Made by a program: the position numbers and the translations under genes. From Nemertoderma westbladi (taxonomy: Eukaryota; Animalia; Xenacoelomorpha): a stretch of 64,000 bases of DNA. The notes beneath the pieces are model-generated. The model saw only the letters and a program-made list of their open reading frames with translations, was not told where the DNA came from and ran no database searches. This document shows, piece by piece, positions 24,670 through 37,725 of the stretch. The DNA lies in the NCBI GenBank assembly GCA_032718475.1, contig JAUCBJ010001372.1, positions 1 to 64,000 of the forward strand, written 5' to 3'. Every line of letters starts with the position of its first letter. Position 1 is the first letter of the stretch.

Positions 24670-25745
24670 TGGAAAATTTAAAGCACCAAAATTTCAAGTA
24701 GTGAACAATTTTCAAAAAATTTGAAAGTTAACATTTTCAGCTAATCTTTTTTCAATAAACCTGGGGTGCTGATCCATCCATCCATCTGATTTCTATAAAT
24801 GGCTGTTTAGTCCTCTACGTAGGCAAAAAATGAAAAAAACAAGCAACAAGCACTTTTCAGTTTGAACACAACAATTTTAATTGACTTATACGATGCTATA
24901 AAATTGACATTTTTAGGTTTTCTGGGATGCCGATTCTATTGGAATATATTTATAATTTGCCAGATCATTGCTACTCGTATTTTTCGGCGTAATATGGCTA
25001 ATTTTTGTGCTAGAACCAAATTTTGTACCCATCACCAAAACGTACAAGTTTGAGATGTCCAGCGCTGTTTTTATTGATTCTATCGGATTCAGGACCCTCA
25101 TAAACCCGTATAACGCAAGAAACAAGATGATACTATCTATTGATCAATTTGCTTATTTTCAAAAAATTTGGTGCTAGCTAAAAACATTTTCACACTCCGC
25201 CGAAAAATACAAGTTTGAGAACTTCCATTGAATTCAGAACCCTCACAAACCCGTATAACGCAAGAAACAAGGTGACACCTATCAATTGATATATTTGATG
25301 GGTTTCAAAATTTGGTGCTAGCACCAAATTTTGCACCCACTTCCGAAAAATACATGTTTAGGATGTCTAGTTAGATAATTATTTATTGCATTGAATTCAG
25401 AACAGCCATAAACCTCTAAAATGAGAGAAATAAGTTGTCACCATTAATTAAACTATTGAATGTATTTTGAAAATTTTGTGCTGGCACCAAATTTTGAACA
25501 CAGCACCGAAAAAGACAAGTTTGATATTCCTGGTGCAACTCGTATATATTCCATCGAAACCAGAACACTAAAAACCCCTATTGCACTAAAAAAAAGGTTC
25601 AAACATTTAATTTACAAAATTGACATATTTTAAAATTTGATGCTGGCACCAAAATTCGGCTCTCTCGGAAAAAAACAAGTTTCAAATTTCTAAATTATTT
25701 TATATGAATTCCATCTAATTACAAACACCAAAACACCGGCGTAGA
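24670..25745 (+). mobile_element. Non-autonomous DNA transposon copy with internal GCACCAAATTTT repeats; inverted homologue at ~48195-49325
   Basis: About 1 kb of clear reverse-complement similarity, e.g. ATAAATGGCTGTTTAGTCCTCT vs AGAGGACTAAACAGCCATTTAT. Confidence 0.8.
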
Positions 25746-26949
25746 ATTAATAAAAAACATGTATTTCCAGCAATAACATAATTATGAGCTGGGCTTCTGG
25801 GATATATTTCAATTAAGGTAGGCAAAGCTGCCAGTCGGAATAACTATTATTCCAATTATTTTAATACTAACTAATAATACCCGAAAACGTTTTATGCGTT
25901 TTATGTAGAATAATCAGTTTAAAAATGTATATATATGATATGTATTAATGTATTCCTGGGTAATTTACATTTTTTCGTTGAGGACGGCATCGTAAAATAT
26001 TCAGCATCTTTGTTTGAAAGGATCCCAAATGATATTTATTTGACATAAGTGGGTTGAACTAATCAATATACCAAATAGCTCTCTCAATTAATTGCCATGC
26101 TGTATCCATCCACTTGTTATTAACTATTGATTCGTGATGTAGTCACAATCAAATTGCTTGAGATAGTTTCTATAATTTAAGAAGTGGCTCTGCAATTTGG
26201 TAACTTTGGAGGGAATTACAGGTTCATAACAATGAAACTTGGAAAGATCGATTGCTAATTATTGGGGGTCTGGAGGTCAGTTCGATACTGTATGATAGGC
26301 AGCTGTTTCATTTCTATTGAACAATTATTTTCTGCAAAATAATGGTTGATGGTTTGGTTGTGTTTCATTACAAACAATTAAGATATACAGTAAATTCACA
26401 TTATACATTAATTTATATCACGCCATCATATAAAGCAGCATTTTATAATGAAACTGTAGAATAAGGTTTACTCGCCAAACGAAGCGGTAATAAACTAGAG
26501 AAGAAAATTGAAGTACTTTCTTGATACGATGTGATGTTTTTCATTTAGTTTTTCAAACACATAAATATGTATTTCATTCCTAGTAGTAAGTAGTAGTAGT
26601 GAGAGAATTTTGCGGAAAAACACAGCCAATATTCATTAAATCAATTATTTACATCAATAATATTAGCACAAACACAAAGTAAATATGATAAATAGTTTTT
26701 ATTTATTATTAAATGGGGGTTTAAATAATAAACACATCTTAAGCGGTTCACATTTTAGCGGCAAAACTGTAAGACATTATTAATATTATATATAATAAAT
26801 ATAAATATAAATAATATATATAATATATTAATACTACATAACGTATTTAACATAATTATTTTTATTACAACCGAAATTATCTCCAACATTTAGTCAGCCC
26901 ATAATTAACACATAAAGGTTCACAGACAACATTTTAGAGATTCCCCGTA

Positions 26950-27320
26950 CTTAGTTCCAATTTAAGCCTAATGCGAATTTAGTTCCAATGGAAACGAATT
27001 TAGTTCCAATTTTGGCGAATTTAGTTCCAATTTAGGCGAACTTAGTTCCAATAACTAGAGAAAAATGAAAACGAATTTAGTTCCAATGCAAGCGAATTTA
27101 GTTCCAATGGAAGCAAATTTAGTTCAAATGCAAGCGAATTTAGTTCCAATGGATGCGAATTTAGTTACAATGCATTCGAATTTAGTTCCAATGCATTCGA
27201 ATTTAGTTCCAATGCATTCGAATTTAGTTCCAATGCATTCGAATTTAGTTCCAATGGATGCGAATTTAGTTCCAATGGATGCGAATTTAGTTCCCATGGA
27301 TGCGAATTTAGTTACAATGT
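26950..27320. repeat. 21-bp minisatellite (GCGAATTTAGTTCCAATG..)
   Basis: About 16 copies; explains the ORF (MxxNLVP)n. Confidence 0.95.
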
Positions 27321-29699
27321 TTCAGGTGTGGGGCGAGCCACGTATTTGGCAAAGAATCTGTTTAATGATACTATTAGGTGGATGGGTAAATAATACTTGT
27401 AAATAACTAGCCCAAACAACGTCCAACCTCTTAAACCAAACAATTAGATTCATTTATATTTAATCATTTAAATGATATTAAAAAAAAATGTAAAAAACAA
27501 CGCGCGATTCTATGAAACTCTGAATCAGTTACTAATAGTACGGGCTCTGACGGCGTTAAGCGCAATACCTTCGGAAAATTAACGAGACTATTATTTTTGG
27601 ATGGAGGACCATGTTAGACGTCAGAACACAGTTGGTGATCGGTATAGCTAATTTGCATTCTAGAACTACAGGCCAAAAACAAGCTAGCTAGCCGACCCCT
27701 ACCTAACTCTATGTTGGGCCCTCTGGTTGAATATAAATGCAATCATTTTTTTCAATTGAACAGTTTTCTTATAGAGGGAAGACCGGCGATTAATTTAAAT
27801 ACAAATATATCGCCACTTTTATTTTTTAAATGCGATAAATTTACATGAGAACAAAATACATTCACTTTTTTTAAGAATCCAACATTTACATTAACTGCCA
27901 TAAAATGTAGCTACTTTGGTTTAACACGTTCAAACATGTATCAAAATTTGCGCTAATTATATCTGCATTCACCCATGCAACTCATTTTGGATGAGTACTA
28001 AATCCTCCTAGTCAATTAGCCCGATTATTATCGGGGAAACGATAATCAGAGAATATTCAGAGAAAGTATACTCTCTGACATTTGGAAATATTTACTACAG
28101 TTACTAAGGTAACTAACTATTCTGTGAACGGCACTCCCTTACTGTACATGTATTACCTGGCGTTGTGTAGTTTCCAGGCGACTGACTGTATACACTAAAC
28201 ACGCAGGCACAATCAAGTCGTTTTAAAGCAGCCCCCTGTGTTTTTTTTTAATAAGAGTTAGTAGTTTACAGTATGTACCGCCGATGTTCTTAAAAATTTA
28301 GCAAATCCCGCAAGGTATTGCGAATTAGTGATTTCGAAATGCCAACAGAACTAAAAGACTGCGGGCCCAAACTCACAAAAAGTGGCCAAAAACGTTTCCC
28401 AAACGATTCGACTTAATTTTAGAATGAAATTTTTTTTGGAACCTAGTAAAGTTATATATATTTTTGAAGATAATTTTATGGTCCAACAGATACACAAAAA
28501 ATCATGCTGCCACTACGACTTTGAAAGATTTTACAGACCTTTTAGTACTAAAAAATGCAGGTTTTTCAATTGTCCAAAAAAGTTCATTGCATTGGGGGGG
28601 ATGTATTTTGACATCTACTGGGTGTATTTCAACAAGTTATAGCTCATTTTAAAGCTAAATAATAGAGGAATGCAATTGAATAACTTCCAAATTGTTTTAT
28701 TGATATCATATTTAAATAAAACAATAGATAATATACCCCTATTTTTGTCAATTACTTGTCCCAAACGGTAACAACTGAATTCACCAATAGGTTTTTATTT
28801 GGATTCTATAAACTAAATTCTTATTTGAAAGGAAAATCTTCAAGAAGTGGAATGTTCCAGATTTTACGAAAAAATACTAAACACAACCAGAGATATGGCT
28901 GGTTTTATACGTGCGAGTCGATTATGTCAATTAGGATTGTCCCATGTGTAACACCAAGTGCACTGCTTTACCATGCTCTAGAATCAGTTCTAACAAACTT
29001 GATATTAAGATTCAAATATCAGAAGATAGCCAAGTTCTTGGTCTTTTGCGTGAGTAATCATTTGTTGCAACAATTGACTATGGAATAGACTTTAGTTGCT
29101 TTTACATTTATCAGCATGAGCTTTGTCCCACCTGTAACAAAAGCCTGTAACACAAAAAATCGTTACAAGGCGGGACGTCCCACATGTAACATGTAAATCG
29201 AATAATTTTGGGCTACAGAATGGGACATGTCTTACCTGTAACACTTTAGTAGTGCAGACTTTATAATATTGATAGGACTGTAGGTCATGCACACAGAACA
29301 GCACTATTAACTGTGAATTGGTACTTACCTACCTACAGTTGTACCGGTAACAGTAACAGTGCTGCCTCTTTATTGCGTTTGATTCGAAGTTATTGGATCT
29401 ACAGATCTGCGCAGTGCATAGAGTTTACTGTTGACTACTAAACAAACTAATCCTAACCAGAACCAGTTATAAGACACTGATACAGACACTATGTGACTAC
29501 GGTATAGAATAGAGACCACATTTCATTACTTATTATTAGACATCAGTTTGCCGTTCCGGTATCAAGATACTGATAGTAAATAAAAATAGGACTAATAATA
29601 CTGATCTGTCTTATATGGAATGCGGTCCATCTTAGATCTATCTTCTGCGATTGGGAGAGGGAGATTGGGAGCTCCGTGAGGGGAGCAGTTAGAGGTGGG

Positions 29700-30330
29700 G
29701 GGGGGGGAATAGAGGTCTAGGGGAGCAGTTGGAGGTGTGAGGGGAAAGGTAGAGGTGCAAGTGGACCAGTTGGAGGAGCGAGAGGACTAGTTAGTGCGAG
29801 AGCAGTAGGTAGAGGTGCGAGAGGAGAATGGGAGGAATTGTGGAGGGTGTGGGAGACAGGGTGAGAAGTACATGAGGATCTGTGGAGGGTGTGGGAGACA
29901 GGGTGAGAAGTAGAGGAGGATCTGTGGAGGGTGTGGGAGACAGGGTGAAAAGTACAGGAGGATATGTGGAGGGTGTGGGAGACAGGGTGAAAAGCACAGG
30001 AGGATCTGTGGAGGTTGTGGGAGACAGGGTGAAAAGAGCAGGAGGATCTGTGGAGGGTGTGGGAGACGGAGTGGGAGACGGAGTGGGAAGTACATGAGGA
30101 TCTGTGGAGGGTGTGGGAGACGGAGTGGGAAGTACAGGAGGATCTGTTGAGGGTGTGGGAGACGGAGTGGGAGCTATGGGAGGATCTGTGGAGGGTGTGG
30201 GAGACGGAATGGGAAGTACAGGAGGATCTGTGGAGGGTGTGGGAGACGGAGTGGGAAGTACAGGAGGATCTGTGGAGGGTGTGGGAGACGGAGTGGGGAG
30301 TACATGAGTTTCTGTGGAGGGTGGAGAGGA
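29700..30330. repeat. 42-bp purine-rich minisatellite (GGAGGATCTGTGGAGGGTGTGGGAGACGGAGTGGGAAGTACA)
   Basis: About 12 copies visible. Confidence 0.95.
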
Positions 30331-30959
30331 AACTGATGAACAATTTATAGGTTTTGACTAACTGCTCAGCCATAGTGATATACAGTTATAAACTCGGTAA
30401 TAAACTCGTCATACTTTGTGAATTTTCATATAAATCGTCCGTCACTAAAGTACCTAAAGTGGTTAAAATGTTTTATAAACTCTTTATGTTTATTTGATAA
30501 ACTATAATATTTTATAATTTTTCGAGAAATGGGGACCATAAAGATTTATTATGATTGATTTTATTATCAAATAAGCTTTATTGGGATGTGTTACTGGGAT
30601 CAGGAATGGCTGCATAGCTCCCACTCAGAGACGAATTCTAGGTTAAGTTAACATATCAGTGTAATTACAACTGGTGTTACATAGTGGGACAAATTGTTAC
30701 AGGCATCGGAAATCACCATTCAAGGGCTCTGATTGGCTGATATCGGGCGTTACATTGTGGGGCAAGTGTTACAGGAATGGATATCTGTTTTTCTCAATTA
30801 TTTGTTACCATGAGGTCGGGGCTATTGGGAAATTACCACCATTGAATTCAGCGCATCGAGAGCTTTCTGGTGATATATAATATTACATACTTTGGGAAAC
30901 TTTTTTTTTTTTACAAAAAAAATAATTTTTTTGGCCAATTTTTTGTGATTTTGAGCCTG

Positions 30960-31520
30960 CGTACTAGGAGTACACGCTTTTACAGGAAACGATCAGGTTT
31001 CATCATTCTTTGGAAAATCTAAAAAACGCTGTTGGAAGATAGCTGAAAAGCGTTCGAACTTCAGAAGAATATTTGCCGAGCTTGGAAGCTCGATAATATT
31101 AACTGCAGAGACGGAATTGGTGTTAGAGAAGTATGTGTGCTCACTGTGTTCAACCAAACAAGAACAACATTGGACTGTCAATGAGCTTAGATACCAGATT
31201 TTTAATTTACACTGCCTAAAGAAACATAGATGCCATGACTTGTCAACAATGCCCCCTTGTAAAAGAGTACTTAGTCTCCATATAAAACGAGCCAACTATG
31301 TTGCTTACCTCTGGAAAGCATCACTAAATAATATTATCGCGATAAATAGATTCACAGACCATGGCTGGAATGATGATGGATCCATCCACTGGTAGGATGA
31401 GTATTTATTTCCCTTATGACATCAGCAATATTTTGATAAATTGTGACGAGGAACAAGAAGGCGGCAAAGATAATGGCTGGCGAAGATAGTGAAACGAGCG
31501 ATGAGGATGAAGCAAGTGAT
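30960..31520 (+). pseudogene. Academ transposase C-terminal remnant
   Basis: HAFTGNDQVSSFFGKSKKRCWK (HAFTGCD-like), MPPCKRVLSLHIKRANYVAYLWKA..HGW, and an acidic tail. Confidence 0.8.
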
Positions 31521-33185
31521 TAGTTTAGGACAACTTTCATGATTCATTTGGCATTATTGCCAATGCATTTACATTATACTGTATTAGTAGTAATATATTA
31601 TATTTATTGATAATTACTAAAATTAAATAGTTAAATAAGCAGCAAAGTTCTGGCGACAAAAAGGCTCTGCAAATCTGATTGCACTACCGGATGCTAAACT
31701 TACTACGTATATGTGGAGACATACTGTAGGACAGTGAAGTAGAACATGATGTTCGTCCTGTACAGCTCAGTTGTCGCACTGACAGACTAATGAAGAATTC
31801 TAATGAAGAATTAAGTAACTTATAACCAGGAGTGTTTGCATTCTTACATAATTTGAATATACAGTGGAAAGGAATATCCATCCATATCTATGTTCTTAAG
31901 CATTTATGTAATAAAATTTTTCATAGGCTTAAGAATACGTTACCTTAATGGTGGAACCCCCAATTAGACTAAACAGAGTTCTATAAGAATTTGTACACGG
32001 ACATTTAATAGTATTTTACCATCCTACACGCCTTCCATTGTTGATATATTTATTACCTTACAGAAAACTATATAAGATATTACTTTTCCTTTAATACACT
32101 CGATTTACTGATATACCTACTTACTTATATTGTAATATATTCATTGATTGCATGGCATTTCTGTTCTGTACGTTTCGTTTATGGCAAATTATATTCCCTC
32201 TGGTAAACAAAATTTGTTGCTGTTAAATAAATAATTACAATTATATTGAAGAAATGACAATTTATTTTAGTAAATATTATTTTCCTAATTGCTAAGAATA
32301 TTATAATATATAAGCTACTGTAGTAGAAAAGTTTGAAAGCGAAAGTATAAATTCTGACTCTCAGAATATCAGTTCCATCTTTGTATTATTTTTAGAAGAA
32401 TTTGCAACGATCTGTGACTCAGTTTATGTATAAGCGCATGAATTTTGTATAATACATTAAAAAACAATTAATATAATGTAAGGAATCGCCTACACTGGTA
32501 CACAACATAGGCCTACAGTACATATAGTTGCCTAGTAACTGTAGTAAATATTTGCAAATGTCAGAGAGTATACTTTCTCTGAAAATTCTCTGATTATCGT
32601 TTCCCCGATAATAATCTGGCTAATTGACTAGGAGGATTTAGTACTCATCCAAAATGAGTTGCATGGGTGAATGTAGAAATAATTAGCGCAAATTTTGATA
32701 CATGTTTGAACGTGTTAAACCAAAGTAGCTACATTTTATGGCAGTTAATGTAAATGTTGGATTCTTAAAAAAAGTGAAAGTATTTTGTTCTCATGTAAAT
32801 TTATCGCATTTAAAAAATAAAAGTGGCGATATATTTGTATTTAAATTAATCGCCGGTCTTCCCTCTATAAGAAAAATGTTCAATTGAAAAAAATGATTGC
32901 ATTTATATTCAACCAGAGGGCCCAACATAGAGTTAGGTAGGGGTCGGCTAGCTAGCTTGTTTTTGGCCTGTAGTTCTAGAATGCAAATTAGCTATACCGA
33001 TCACCAACTGTGTTTTGACGTCTAACATGGTCCTCCATCCAAAAATAATAGTCTCGTTAATTTACTGAAGGTATTGCGCTTAACGCCGTCAGAGCCCGTA
33101 CTATAATATGCGTGAGTCAAAATGGGCAATTTACTTCCATTCAATTTCAACGGATTTAGATCCTAGACACTCATTATGCTCAAAG

Positions 33186-33860
33186 TGTAAACGGATTCAA
33201 TTCCGATACATCATCCACCCGAAAATGGGAGCAGTGGCATTTTTCCAATATAGTTGGTGATACGAGATTACCAATATTAATCTCGCCTCACAACCAACTT
33301 TGGGGGGGGGGGGGCACAAGCCCTAAAGCCACAGAGAGAGGTGAGAGTTCAAACCACCTCAGAGGGAGAACAGAGGTAGAGGCTAGCAGCGGGGGGGGGG
33401 GGGGGGACACTCGCAGGGAGTGCCAAAGTGACAATTAGTATATTAGCCAATAGCAGGGAGGGAAGCACGTGAACAGAGATAGGAAAGCATCCACTGGGTA
33501 CACAAGGCCAAGTAGAGTAAGAGGTAAAACCAATATCTGTGTGTATCAAATCATATATTATTCTGCATTAGTGATTTACCGGTCAGTTGATTAGTTACAG
33601 AGTTGCAGACCGGTCATAGTTTATGACCGTCACCGCCACTAACATCACCAATTAATCTGTGTATTTTCTGCTGTTATATCTGTGTTGATATTCATTACTG
33701 ATTTACCGATTGTGCTATTATCGTTCGGAGTATTAATATTGAGAAACAGAAACTCTATTTTTCCCCGACGGCCTATGGCCAAAGCGAACTAGAGCAACTG
33801 CCCAGCAGAACGGTGACGCATACAAATCTAACCCGGTCGGGATCTTAGGATCCCGTCACA
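33186..33860 (+). mobile_element. Solo LTR (675 bp) of a family related to the BEL element
   Basis: TGTAAACGGATTCAATTCCG...GGATCCCGTCACA, flanked by 5-bp TSD CAAAG (33181-33185, 33861-33865). Both ends resemble the LTR at 3959-4505. Confidence 0.85.
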
Positions 33861-34287
33861 CAAAGGTCAATAATTATGGTGTGGGTTCAACAGAGGACTC
33901 ATAACTAGTGTCCCTTATACATAAAACTGTGGCTGATGTCATAATGCGAATCTTCCATGACTTAATCACATTGTGATTTATTGAATCAATGTTTGCATGG
34001 GAAGACCCAATCTTGTCGAAAAATTGACAATATTGTCGAAATGAACTTAGGGTGATAGATCATAGGTGGATTTTTATGGCTGAGAAAGAGGTAGATAACC
34101 TAATTAAAGGAAAGGGTTAAGAGGGATCAAAAGAAAGTTACAATGAGAGGAATGAGAAACTGAATATGGAGCAGGAATGTTTTTTTAGATGGTATATTTG
34201 CTGATTAGTTATGGTAGTTTTGGTGACATCTGTGTAAATCAGGCTGAATGATGGTAAACTATTACAAGTTTAACAGCAGAAGGAAAA

Positions 34288-35925
34288 GTGAGGGGCACTG
34301 AGCGACATTGGAATAAATTCCGATATGCTGGATTGGCAATTTGTAAAGAAACTTTCAAATTTATACATGGCATCGGGAAAAAACGATTTGAATTGTTGGT
34401 AAAACACTTTGATGAGTTTGGTGTTCAAATACGTGTGCATGGATTAATTGGAAAGTCCGGCAATAGATCCAAGAACAGTGAATTTAATCCAGTTGACCTT
34501 GTCGTGAGTGCTAAACGGTATGTCGAAAATATTGCAGACAATACTGCAATACCATTACCAGGTCGGCTGCCTGGAGTTAAAGATTTTTCATTGGTCCAGT
34601 TACCCAGTGCTTTAACTAAAAACGAGGTATATCGCAGATACATTGTTAGTTGCATTGAATCAAATAAACCATCAGTAAAGTACTCCACTTTTACCAAGAT
34701 TTGGCGAACATATACACCACACATTTGTACTATGAAGCAAATGTCAGACCTCTGTGAGGTCTGCAAGAGGAATGGTCTACTGATCATACGAAGTGCGGCT
34801 TTCCCAGAAGAAGTTCGTGTTGAAAAACTGAACATTGCAAGGGAACACATCGAAACGGCTAACCATCAACGGGAGTTTTATAACAGTTTAGTAACAAACC
34901 CCATAGGTAGAACAATAAGTTGGGATTTTGCCCAAAATCTAAGTTACCCGTATAGTCCCCAGCAAGTGGGGCCACTATATTTCAAGGTGCCTCGTAAGTG
35001 TGGCCTTTTTGGCATACAAGATGAACGAGATCACGAGCAACTAAATGTCTTAATTGATGAGGAGGATTTTTGTGGAAAAGGTGCTGATGCGACTATTAGC
35101 ATGATTCACTACTACCTAAACGATGTTAAGGAGGATGAGCTAGATTGTTTCGCCGACAACACCGTAGCGCAAAATAAAAATAAAGCTATGATTGAGTATC
35201 TATCATGGCGGGTGGATTCTGGAAAACAGAAGCGAATTTCTCTAAATTTTAACCTGGTGGGTCATACCAAATTCTCCCCGGATCGAAGTTTTGGACTTAT
35301 CAAGAAGAAGTACTCTATCTCTGATGTCAACACACTGGATGATATTGTTGATGTAGTGAAAACGAGCACTCAAACTGGGAAAAACAAAGTCGTTACTTCT
35401 ATGAATACAGCCACTGATCAACGAAACATAATTTGTTATGGTTGGACCGAATTTCTTGGAACTTCGTTTAAGACTATTGAACGGATAACAGACTACCACC
35501 ATTTTGAGATCAAACAGTCAAATCCTGGAAAAGTCATCCTGAAGAAATTGATTTCTAGTGAAGTTATTCAAATGTTCTATCCGTAAATCAACTGAAAAGG
35601 GATCAGATCTCTTAGTCGAACTACCGAAAGGTTTGCCTGCGGCTAAGGTGCCACAAGGACTATCACCAGAACGCCAGTGGTACCTATATGAACAGGTTAG
35701 ACCTTATTGTCTTTCTGAACTCTCTAGAGCTCTCTTCTGTCCGAAACCGGATATACCACGACCAACAAAAGCAGGAAGCAAACAGTTATGTGTTTCTAAC
35801 AATCATCGAGATGTTGCTGGGCCATCTGTAGAAGTGTGACCACCAAATAAGAAACTAAAAGAGAACCGAAAATGTTCAGTCTGCAAGGCTGTTGGTCATA
35901 GTAAAAAATATCACGATTATGTTTA
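34288..35925 (+). CDS. Sola-type DDD transposase (frameshifted near 35570, 5' end eroded)
   Basis: SDLCEVC, WDFAQ, GPLYFKVPRKCGLFGI, FADNTVAQNKN, GHTKFSPDRSFGLIKK, ERQWYLYEQVRPYC, and a terminal CSVC..GH knuckle. Confidence 0.85.
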
Positions 35926-36696
35926 ATGATCTTAGGATAATAGCAAAATAAACTGATGTCGAATTCCTAATACAGTTTTGGTATTTTTACTATGTCTACT
36001 GGTATGTTTACTAAATCTATTAAAATTCTGAAAAAAAATTAAAAAAAAAAAAATTAATTATTTAATTAATCTTTTAATAAATTAATTAAATTACTTCAAA
36101 TGACTAATTAATAGATTAAATAATAAAAAAATATTAAAATAAACCATAATGTTCATGTGCAATAGTACTACAAGGTATCTTTATTATTTTTTAGTTCTAA
36201 AATTTTCCAAACGTATACAGTAGGCCTTCTAATTTTTTTAAATAAATTGTGAAAAATTAGCATCAACATTGTCTGACATAGGTTCACAAAAGTAAGGATA
36301 ACTCCAAAACTAAAAAATATATGACTTAACGGTTTTCAGAATCGGACTCAGCGAACAATTTTCCATTAGAAAGTGCCAAAATCCTAAAATCGAGTATCCA
36401 GACCCTAAGCCCCCTTTCTATGTAGCAGGTCACATATATTGTCTATTTTAAGAACATATTTTATAATTCAAAACACAGACTTATCTTTCTTATGTTATAC
36501 CACAACAACTAACAACATAATACGTCATATACGAACGTAATATATTTCACATATTGTGAATTTATTTTTGTCAGCTACTGGGAGCCTTGTACTGGATCCG
36601 CTCGTTAGTTTACATTCATTTTAAACTGCCCGTCCGTAGTTTATCACTCCCCCCCCCCCCCCCCCATAATGTTGGATGATATTCTCTTTATGTTGT

Positions 36697-36832
36697 ACAG
36701 TACAATGTATTTACTTACAGTACAATGTATTTACTTACAGTACAATGTATTTACTTACAGTACAATGTATTTACTTACAGTACAATGTATTTACTTACAG
36801 TACAATGTATTTACTTACAGTACAATGTATTT
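36697..36832. repeat. 20-bp minisatellite (TACAATGTATTTACTTACAG)
   Basis: 6-7 near-perfect copies. Confidence 0.97.
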
Positions 36833-36839
36833 TTGCAAT

Positions 36840-37725
36840 TGAAAACAACCTTGTTGGTCCGAGGTTGCATCATGTACCGAAGGGAAAACAACACCTTGTG
36901 GGCGTTCATCATATACCGAAGGGAAAACAACACCTTGTGGGGGTGCATCATGTACCGAAGGGAAAACAACACCTTGAGGGCGTGTATCATGTACCGAAAT
37001 GAAAACAACACCTTGTGGGGGTGCATCATGTACCGAAGGGAAAACAACACCTTGTGGGCGTGCATCATGTACCGAAGGGAAAACAACACCTTGTGGGGTG
37101 CATCATTTACCGAAGGGAAAACAACACCTTGTGGGCGTGCATCATGTACCGAAGGGAAAACAACACCTTGTGGGGGTGCATCATGTACCGAAGGGAAAAC
37201 AACACCTTGTGGGCGTGCATCATGTACCGAAGGGAAAACAACACCTTGTGGGGGTGCATCATGTACCAAAGGGAAAACAACACCTTGAGGGCGTGCATCA
37301 TATACCGAAAGGAAAACAACACCTTATGGGGGTGCATCATGTACCGAAGGGAAAACAACACCTTGAGGGCGTGCATCATGTACCGAAAGGAAAACAACAC
37401 CTTGTGGGGGTGCATCATGTACCGAAGGGAAAACAACACCTTGAGGGCGTGCATCATGTACCGAAAGGAAAACAACACCTTGTGGGTTTGCATCATGTAC
37501 CGAAGGGAAAACAACACCTTGTGGGCGTAGGTGTATGGCCATTTCCGACCCGGACGATTCCGACCCATGAAAATTTCATTAGACCCTCTGGATGGGTCGG
37601 AATTGTCCGGGTCGGAATTGTCTGGATCGCAATTGTCCGGGTCGGAATTGTCCTAACTTCGTGGGCATGCATCATGTACCGTAGACCTTGTGGGGGTGCA
37701 TCATGTACCGAAGGGAAAACAACAG
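36840..37725. repeat. 39-bp minisatellite (GTGCATCATGTACCGAAGGGAAAACAACACCTTGTGGG), interrupted at ~37530-37660 by a small foldback element
   Basis: About 19 copies. The insert has CCGACCC / GGGTCGG inverted 15-bp repeats. Confidence 0.95.

Larger units (their letters stand above)
27536..33103 (+). mobile_element. Academ-type DNA transposon, internally deleted/decayed
   Basis: 571-bp TIRs (27536-28106, 32533-33103), TAG...CTA termini, 3-bp TSD TAA, and an internal XPG/H3TH-like transposase remnant. Confidence 0.85.

Noticed and set aside
29717-30373. His/Ser-rich ORF (SHTLHRSSC)n
   Set aside because: Product of the 42-bp minisatellite; no evidence that it is coding.
31690-32040. Possible LINE 3' remnant on the minus strand (LLNVR..LCLV.LG)
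   Set aside because: Too degenerate (many stops) to support a call.
36840-37725. CRISPR-like appearance of regular repeats (also 10640-11310, 26950-27320, 54275-54645)
   Set aside because: The units are contiguous with no unique spacers, there are no cas genes, and the context is eukaryotic. These are minisatellites.
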